The notes beneath the pieces are model-generated. The model saw nothing but the letters and a program-made list of their open reading frames with translations, made no database searches and was not told the DNA's origin. Shown here in pieces: positions 8,070-13,486 of a stretch of 13,486 bases of DNA (the stretch's first letter is position 1; every line of letters starts with the position of its first letter). Origin of the DNA: a virus; the UHGV virus genome UHGV-1760545; one strand, written 5' to 3'. A program made the position numbers and the translations under genes.

Positions 8070-8091
8070 TGGCGCGGGGCGCATTCGGTTG

Positions 8092-8835
8092 TTAACTGGC
8101 TTTCTTTTTCGGGCGTCCACGTTTTGCCGGTGTCACGCTCCGGATCTTACGCGGGGCGCGGGTGGCCGCTTTGGGCTGCGGCTCCGGCTTCGGTTTCAGC
8201 TCCCGCTCCAGTCGTTCAATCTCTTTTTTGACGCCTGCCTGACAGTCGAGCTGTGTCGCACGTTGCAGGTGAGCCAGCGCACCGGCGGCATCACCACCGT
8301 CACGCAGAAACAGACCGGTGATTTTGTGCAGCTTTGCGCGCACTTCATCAGGCATGTCAGCCGTGGCGGTCAGTTCAAGGGTCTCCGTCAGCAGGCGGGT
8401 ATCCACAGACTCACCGGCAGCGTGGGCACGCATGGCCGCAAGCGCTACCTCCTCGGTGAACATGTACGGCGGGGTACGGCGGTGTTTACCCGGCATGGTC
8501 AGACCGTACTTCAGGGCATAACGGGCAATCTCCAGCGCACCGGCAATATCGCCGGTATCCAGACGCCACAGCATGACCGTCATCAGAATGTCATCCTGTG
8601 CACCTTTGCCCTGCTCCAGCACGCCGTTCACCCACGGCAACCAGAACGGCAGCAGTTCGCGTTTTTTCGCGGCCTTCAGCTCTTTTGAATAAATCGCTTT
8701 CAGTGTGCGCTGGTCTGCGGCGAGCTTAACCAGCATCTGCTCATAGACAGTTGCATGTCGCAGCGGGGCGGCTTCCCGCTGCGCGGTCATCGCTGCCGAG
8801 ACCCGCATCATGTGGCGCTGTGCGGGACTCGTCAT
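8092..8835 (-). CDS. M: terminase small / endonuclease subunit gpM
   Basis: 247-aa ORF MTSPAQRHMMRVSAAMTAQREAAPLRHATVYEQMLVKLAADQRTLKAIYS... with a basic C-terminal tail (KRGRPKKKAS); ATG at 8835..8833, 3 nt after the N stop. Confidence 0.9.
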   Translation of the reverse strand: MTSPAQRHMMRVSAAMTAQREAAPLRHATVYEQMLVKLAADQRTLKAIYSKELKAAKKRELLPFWLPWVNGVLEQGKGAQDDILMTVMLWRLDTGDIAGALEIARYALKYGLTMPGKHRRTPPYMFTEEVALAAMRAHAAGESVDTRLLTETLELTATADMPDEVRAKLHKITGLFLRDGGDAAGALAHLQRATQLDCQAGVKKEIERLERELKPKPEPQPKAATRAPRKIRSVTPAKRGRPKKKAS

Positions 8836-8838
8836 CGG

Positions 8839-9912
8839 TTACGCTCCCGGCTCTGCGGTCGCTTTAGCCAGTGTGGAGAAATCACCGACCTTAATTTTTT
8901 CCACCAGACAACCGGCGGCGTAGTCTTCCACCACGTAATCAATGTTCATTGACTCGTAGTTCTCCACGCGGTCAAGTTTCGGGTTTTCCTCAATCACGCG
9001 GCGATGACTGTCATCCATGTAGTAGATGGACAGGTTTTCCAGCTTCGTGATGAGCATCGCATCCGCCGGGAAGTACGGGACGCGTACCGCCGGCAGGTTA
9101 CCGATGCGTTTCTGGCTGATGATGACGTCAGCGGCCAGCATTTCGCTGTTGTCCTGCTCCTTGTTGACGATGGGGAAATACTTGTCTGCCAGTAGCTGAC
9201 GTCCCACAATCACCACAAGGTCAGGGTCTTCCTGATACCACGGCTCAATCAGGTTGTTGGTCGCATCCATCACCAGTGCATCAAGGCTGGCATAATCACC
9301 GCCCTTACCCACGCGGATGACCTCAGAGGTGGTGTGCCCTTCCTCGTCAGTGACCTTGCTCATCACGCGCGCAGGGGCTTCATTGCGGTATTTCTGCAGC
9401 CAGCCGACCGCCACATCCTGCAGCATCGGATTGCTGCTGCGGTCAGAGGTTTCGGCACGCTTCACGCCGTTAAAACCGGCCATGATGAAATCAAGGGACT
9501 GGCGTTTGATAATGGCGTTACGGATACGGAGCTGGAAATCCTGATAACGCGCCCACAGATCCAGCGTTTTGTAGCGGATATAAAAATCGAAGTTAATCTG
9601 GTCGCATTCGTACTTGTTTGACGCCAGCTTCGAGAAGTCCTTCGGCTGACGCTCGGTGCCACCGGCGGTGTCGGTGGTGCTGGCGATGGAGCCGGTGACA
9701 CCAATACCAATTTTTTCCCCTTTCATTTCGCTGACCGGCACAATGTTGATGCGGGTCAGAAAATCAGAGGACTCCTGCATGGTGTTCATCAGGGTCTGGG
9801 TGACCGACGGTTCAACGGTGAATTTTTTCGACACATCACCGGCGTCGATGCCGTTCAGTTCGGCAACACGGGACAGGTAGGCATTAAATTTAAAGCGGGT
9901 TTCCTGGCGCAT
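8839..9912 (-). CDS. N: major capsid protein precursor gpN
   Basis: 357-aa ORF MRQETRFKFNAYLSRVAELNGIDAGDVSKKFTVEPSVTQTLMNTMQESSDFLTRINIVPVSEM...; ATG at 9912..9910 preceded by AGGAAA. Confidence 0.93.
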   Translation of the reverse strand: MRQETRFKFNAYLSRVAELNGIDAGDVSKKFTVEPSVTQTLMNTMQESSDFLTRINIVPVSEMKGEKIGIGVTGSIASTTDTAGGTERQPKDFSKLASNKYECDQINFDFYIRYKTLDLWARYQDFQLRIRNAIIKRQSLDFIMAGFNGVKRAETSDRSSNPMLQDVAVGWLQKYRNEAPARVMSKVTDEEGHTTSEVIRVGKGGDYASLDALVMDATNNLIEPWYQEDPDLVVIVGRQLLADKYFPIVNKEQDNSEMLAADVIISQKRIGNLPAVRVPYFPADAMLITKLENLSIYYMDDSHRRVIEENPKLDRVENYESMNIDYVVEDYAAGCLVEKIKVGDFSTLAKATAEPGA

Positions 9913-9970
9913 AGTTTTTCCTGAAATTAAGGGTTAATCGTGAAGGTTTTCCCGGACTGACTGACGCCGG

Positions 9971-10825
9971 TCAGCAGTTCGTCATCAGGGCGTCACCGCC
10001 ACCGCCGGTGGCCTTGCTGCGGCGCTGCTGGGTCAGACTTTCGGTATGGTCGAGGCTGTTTTTCAGGCGGGTGAATGCCTGGCTGGTTTCATCCGCCCTG
10101 TCAGCTACATCCTGCTTAAGTGCGGAAAAGGCGGTTTCCATCTCTGCGAGGCGCTGCTCAGTGGCGCTCAGTTTTTCCTGCACATGCTCAGCGACAGCGG
10201 TCACCGCTTCATGCACGTCATTCAGACGGGCGTCATCGCTGGCCTGTTTGCGGCCAAAAATGGATTTCACCTTTTCGGTCAGGGCTGTGAACACGGTTTC
10301 AGGCAGGTCTTCAAATTCCAGCTCAACAGGCGTTGCCACTGAAATCAGGTTTTCAGGGCTTAATTTGAAGCGGTTCAGGGGGTTGTGTTTTGCCGTGCGG
10401 CAGAATTCCAGGTATTCCGTGCCGAGGCTTGCCGGGTCATCGGTGACGGCCAGACCCACCAGATAACATTTGCCGGTGTTGGCAAAGTTCGGCTGAATTT
10501 CCATTGAGGTGTAGACCTTCTGCGCGGCCTTGTTCATCGCGATAAGGTCATCGGTCGGGGTGATTTTCGCAAACAGCGCCCATTTGCCTTTCAGCGCCGA
10601 ATCATCGTCAATCTTTTCGGCCTTCAGTTCGGCCACATCACCATAACGTTTAAAAATACCGTCAGGCAGGATGCCGCGCAGATGTTCCAGGTTAATACGG
10701 CAACCATAGACACGCGGGTCAAAGGTTTCGGCCATTTCCTGAATATCCTGCGCACTGATGACACGCCCGTCACAGGTGTCACCCTCAACGCCGATACGAA
10801 AGAATTTTGAGACTTTTTTTGCCAT
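9971..10825 (-). CDS. O: capsid scaffolding protein gpO (scaffold with N-terminal protease in P2)
   Basis: The track ORF 9971..10891 is over-extended. The ATG at 10825..10823 gives a 284-aa product MAKKVSKFFRIGVEGDTCDGRVISAQDIQEMAETFDPRVYG...; first gene of the leftward capsid operon. Confidence 0.9.
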   Translation of the reverse strand: MAKKVSKFFRIGVEGDTCDGRVISAQDIQEMAETFDPRVYGCRINLEHLRGILPDGIFKRYGDVAELKAEKIDDDSALKGKWALFAKITPTDDLIAMNKAAQKVYTSMEIQPNFANTGKCYLVGLAVTDDPASLGTEYLEFCRTAKHNPLNRFKLSPENLISVATPVELEFEDLPETVFTALTEKVKSIFGRKQASDDARLNDVHEAVTAVAEHVQEKLSATEQRLAEMETAFSALKQDVADRADETSQAFTRLKNSLDHTESLTQQRRSKATGGGGDALMTNC

Positions 10826-10998
10826 TGTCAGGAGTCCTGAATAGTGATTAGAGGAGTCACATGTCGGCATCAGTTTCCCGACGATGCGCATCCTCCGCCA
10901 TCAGTCCCGGATGGCTTATCACTGACACAACAGCACCTTAGCGAATCGCAGGGCGCGACTCAGTAGCCTTGCCGTGTATTCATCACGGCGAGGTATTC
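10826..10998. promoter_or_regulatory. divergent control region between O (leftward) and P (rightward); expected site of the activator-dependent late promoters P_O and P_P
   Basis: 173-nt gene-free gap between two divergent ATGs. It contains dyads GTCGG-N10-CCGAC (10863-10882) and GCCAT-N9-ATGGC (10897-10915), the perfect palindrome GATGCGCATC (10883-10892), and hairpin GCCGTG-tattcat-CACGGC (10971-10989) just upstream of the P ribosome-binding site. I could not find an exact TGT-N12-ACA match, so promoter positions are not assigned. Confidence 0.5.
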
Positions 10999-12771
10999 AT
11001 GACCATCACCACAGACACCACTCTTTTACACGACCCGCGTCGTCAGGCGGCGCTGCTGTACTGGCAGGGTTTTTCCGTGCCGCAGATTGCCGCCATGTTG
11101 CAGATGAAACGCCCGACGGTGCAGAGCTGGAAACAGCGCGACGGCTGGGACAGCGTTGCCCCCATCAGCCGTGTCGAAATGAGTCTGGAAGCGCGGCTGA
11201 CCCAGCTCATCATCAAACCGCAGAAAACCGGCGGTGATTTCAAGGAAATTGACCTGCTGGGACGCCAGATTGAACGACTGGCGCGGGTCAACCGCTACAG
11301 CCAGACCGGCAACGAGGCAGACCTTAATCCGAACGTCGCTAACCGCAACAAAGGCGGGCGGCGCAAACCGAAAAAGAATTTTTTCAGTGACGAGGCCATC
11401 GAAAAGCTGGAGCAGATTTTCTTTGAGCAGTCTTTCGAATATCAGTTGCACTGGTATCGCGCCGGGCTTGAGCACCGCATCCGCGATATCCTGAAATCCC
11501 GCCAGATTGGCGCGACGTTTTATTTTTCCCGCGAGGCGCTGCTGCGCGCCCTGAAAACCGGTCATAACCAGATTTTTCTGTCGGCCAGTAAAACGCAGGC
11601 GTATGTGTTCCGCGAATACATCATCGCCTTTGCCCGGCTGGTTGACGTTGACCTGACCGGTGACCCGATTGTCCTGGGCAATAACGGTGCAAAACTGATT
11701 TTTCTCGGCACCAACTCCAACACCGCACAGAGCCATAACGGCGACCTGTACGTCGATGAGATTTTCTGGATCCCGAATTTTCAGGTACTGCGTAAGGTGG
11801 CATCAGGTATGGCCTCACAGAGTCACCTGCGCTCGACCTATTTCTCCACCCCGTCCACGCTGGCGCACGACGCCTACCCGTTCTGGTCGGGTGAACTGTT
11901 CAACCGGGGACGCGCCAGCGCCGCCGAACGCGTGGAAATCGACATCAGTCATAACGCCCTTGCCGGAGGTCTTCTCTGTGCGGACGGCCAGTGGCGGCAG
12001 ATTGTCACCATTGAGGACGCCCTGAAAGGTGGCTGCACGCTGTTCGACATCGAGCAGCTCAAACGTGAAAACAGCGCCGACGATTTTAAAAACCTGTTCA
12101 TGTGTGAATTTGTTGACGACAAGGCGTCGGTGTTCCCGTTCGAGGAGCTGCAACGCTGCATGGTCGACACGCTGGAAGAATGGGAAGACTATGCGCCGTT
12201 TGCCGCCAATCCGTTCGGCTCCCGCCCGGTATGGATTGGTTACGACCCGTCACACCGTGGCGACAGCGCCGGATGCGTGGTGCTGGCACCGCCGGTGGTG
12301 GCCGGTGGCAAATTCAGAATACTTGAGCGTCACCAGTGGAAAGGCATGGACTTTGCCACCCAGGCTGAATCCATCCGCAAACTCACCGAAAAATACAACG
12401 TCGAATACATCGGTATTGATGCCACCGGCCTCGGTGTCGGCGTGTTCCAGCTCGTGCGCTCGTTCTATCCTGCCGCGCGCGATATCCGCTACACACCGGA
12501 AATGAAAACCGCAATGGTGCTCAAGGCAAAAGACGTTATCCGCCGTGGCTGTCTGGAATATGACGTCAGCGCCACCGACATCACCAGCTCGTTTATGGCT
12601 ATCCGCAAGACCATGACCAGCAGCGGACGCAGCGCCACCTATGAGGCCAGCCGCAGCGAGGAAGCCAGCCACGCCGACCTCGCCTGGGCGACCATGCACG
12701 CCCTGTTAAATGAGCCACTCACCGCCGGTATCAGCACCCCGCTGACATCCACCATTCTGGAGTTTTACTGA
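10999..12771 (+). CDS. P: terminase large / ATPase subunit gpP
   Basis: The track ORF 10969..12771 begins at an upstream TTG. The ATG at 10999, preceded by GAGGT, gives a 590-aa product MTITTDTTLLHDPRRQAALLYWQGFSVPQIAAMLQMKRPTVQSWKQRDGWD...; its TGA (12769..12771) overlaps the Q ATG. Confidence 0.92.
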   Translation: MTITTDTTLLHDPRRQAALLYWQGFSVPQIAAMLQMKRPTVQSWKQRDGWDSVAPISRVEMSLEARLTQLIIKPQKTGGDFKEIDLLGRQIERLARVNRYSQTGNEADLNPNVANRNKGGRRKPKKNFFSDEAIEKLEQIFFEQSFEYQLHWYRAGLEHRIRDILKSRQIGATFYFSREALLRALKTGHNQIFLSASKTQAYVFREYIIAFARLVDVDLTGDPIVLGNNGAKLIFLGTNSNTAQSHNGDLYVDEIFWIPNFQVLRKVASGMASQSHLRSTYFSTPSTLAHDAYPFWSGELFNRGRASAAERVEIDISHNALAGGLLCADGQWRQIVTIEDALKGGCTLFDIEQLKRENSADDFKNLFMCEFVDDKASVFPFEELQRCMVDTLEEWEDYAPFAANPFGSRPVWIGYDPSHRGDSAGCVVLAPPVVAGGKFRILERHQWKGMDFATQAESIRKLTEKYNVEYIGIDATGLGVGVFQLVRSFYPAARDIRYTPEMKTAMVLKAKDVIRRGCLEYDVSATDITSSFMAIRKTMTSSGRSATYEASRSEEASHADLAWATMHALLNEPLTAGISTPLTSTILEFY

Positions 12772-13486
12772 TGAGCAAGAAAAAAGGGAAAACACCGCAA
12801 CCTGCGGCAAAAACAATCACCGCCAGCGCCCCGAAAATGGAGGCATTCACCTTTGGCGAGCCGGTGCCGGTACTCGACCGCCGTGACATTCTGGATTACG
12901 TCGAGTGCATCAGTAACGGCAGATGGTATGAGCCGCCGGTCAGCTTTACCGGTCTGGCAAAAAGCCTGCGTGCTGCCGTGCATCACAGCTCGCCGATTTA
13001 CGTTAAACGCAATATTCTGGCTTCAACGTTTATTCCGCATCCGTGGCTTTCTCAGCAGGATTTCAGCCGCTTTGTGCTGGATTTTCTGGTGTTCGGTAAT
13101 GCGTTTCTGGAAAAGCGTTACAGCACCACCGGTAAGGTCATCAGACTGGAAACCTCACCGGCAAAATATACCCGCCGTGGTGTGGAAGAGGATGTTTACT
13201 GGTGGGTGCCGTCCTTCAACGAGCCGACAGCCTTCGCGCCCGGCTCCGTGTTTCACCTGCTGGAGCCGGATATTAATCAGGAGTTGTACGGCCTGCCGGA
13301 ATATCTCAGCGCCCTTAACTCTGCCTGGCTGAATGAGTCGGCCACGCTGTTCCGCCGCAAGTATTACGAAAACGGCGCACATGCCGGATACATCATGTAC
13401 GTCACCGATGCCGTGCAGGATCGCAACGATATCGAAATGCTTCGCGAAAACATGGTGAAGTCGAAAGGCCGCAACAACTTTAAAAA
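12771..13486 (+). CDS. Q: portal protein gpQ, 3'-truncated at window edge
   Basis: Not in the ORF track (no stop inside the window). ATG at 12771 in a TGATG overlap with P; translation MSKKKGKTPQPAAKTITASAPKMEAFTFGEPVPVLDRRDILDYVECISNGRWYEPPVSF... continues open to 13486 (238 codons). Confidence 0.9.
   Translation, partial: MSKKKGKTPQPAAKTITASAPKMEAFTFGEPVPVLDRRDILDYVECISNGRWYEPPVSFTGLAKSLRAAVHHSSPIYVKRNILASTFIPHPWLSQQDFSRFVLDFLVFGNAFLEKRYSTTGKVIRLETSPAKYTRRGVEEDVYWWVPSFNEPTAFAPGSVFHLLEPDINQELYGLPEYLSALNSAWLNESATLFRRKYYENGAHAGYIMYVTDAVQDRNDIEMLRENMVKSKGRNNFK

Noticed and set aside
9956-9974. ctgactga motif and a 5-bp hairpin (CTGAC-gccg-GTCAG) at the O stop codon
   Set aside because: Short stem with no U-run; overlaps the O stop and lies 58 nt from the N start. 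Too weak to call a terminator or regulatory element from sequence alone.
10814-10820. A7/T7 homopolymer at codons 3-4 of O (GCAAAAAAAGTC); similar A6 run at the start of Q (12778-12783)
   Set aside because: These simply encode Lys-Lys in the N-termini (MAKK..., MSKKK...). No evidence of phase variation or programmed slippage; a 7-nt run is short for slipped-strand switching.
10826-10891. N-terminal extension of the O ORF in the track (MRIVGKLMPTCDSSNHYSGLLT before MAKKVSK), and similar extensions for L (7993-8052) and X (7484-7552)
   Set aside because: The internal ATGs give products matching the expected P2 lengths (284, 169, 67 aa) and have Shine-Dalgarno-like sequences and/or stop-start overlaps with the upstream gene. 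The extensions run into intergenic or upstream coding sequence.
10861-10944. 27-codon plus-strand ORF (MSASVSRRCASSAISPGWLITDTTAP) in the O-P intergenic region with GAGGAG 7 nt upstream
   Set aside because: Very short, no recognisable features, and it overlaps the expected divergent promoter region. Cannot be supported without conservation or expression data; more likely chance.
1-13486. Search for CRISPR arrays, tRNA/rRNA genes, IS elements, integrase, toxin-antitoxin or defence genes
   Set aside because: No spaced direct repeats, no cloverleaf-compatible tRNA-like segments, no transposase or integrase-like ORFs, and no unassigned ORF-sized gaps were found. The window is fully occupied by recognisable P2-type late genes.

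Overview
This window reads as the contiguous late-gene (virion and lysis) region of a P2-type myovirus or prophage (Peduovirus-like), in the canonical order with no inserted cargo. On the minus strand, from high to low coordinate: O (scaffold), N (major capsid), M (terminase small/endonuclease subunit), L (head completion), X, Y (holin), K (endolysin), lysA, lysB, the embedded lysC, R, S (tail completion), V, W, J, I (baseplate), H (tail fiber), and the first 39 codons of G (fiber assembly). On the plus strand at the right end, divergently transcribed: P (terminase large/ATPase subunit) and a 3'-truncated Q (portal). Calls rest on six-frame translations whose N-terminal sequences and lengths match P2 proteins as I recall them; no search could be run. 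I found no RNA genes, CRISPR array, integrase/transposase or accessory (defence or moron) gene, and the largest gene-free gap is 173 nt. Honest conclusion: I see no evidence of a novel system here. The secondary observations are a sharp GC-content drop across the 3' part of H and into G, an internal direct repeat in H, and GC-rich hairpins or dyads in three intergenic gaps (M-L, S-V, O-P) that may be regulatory.
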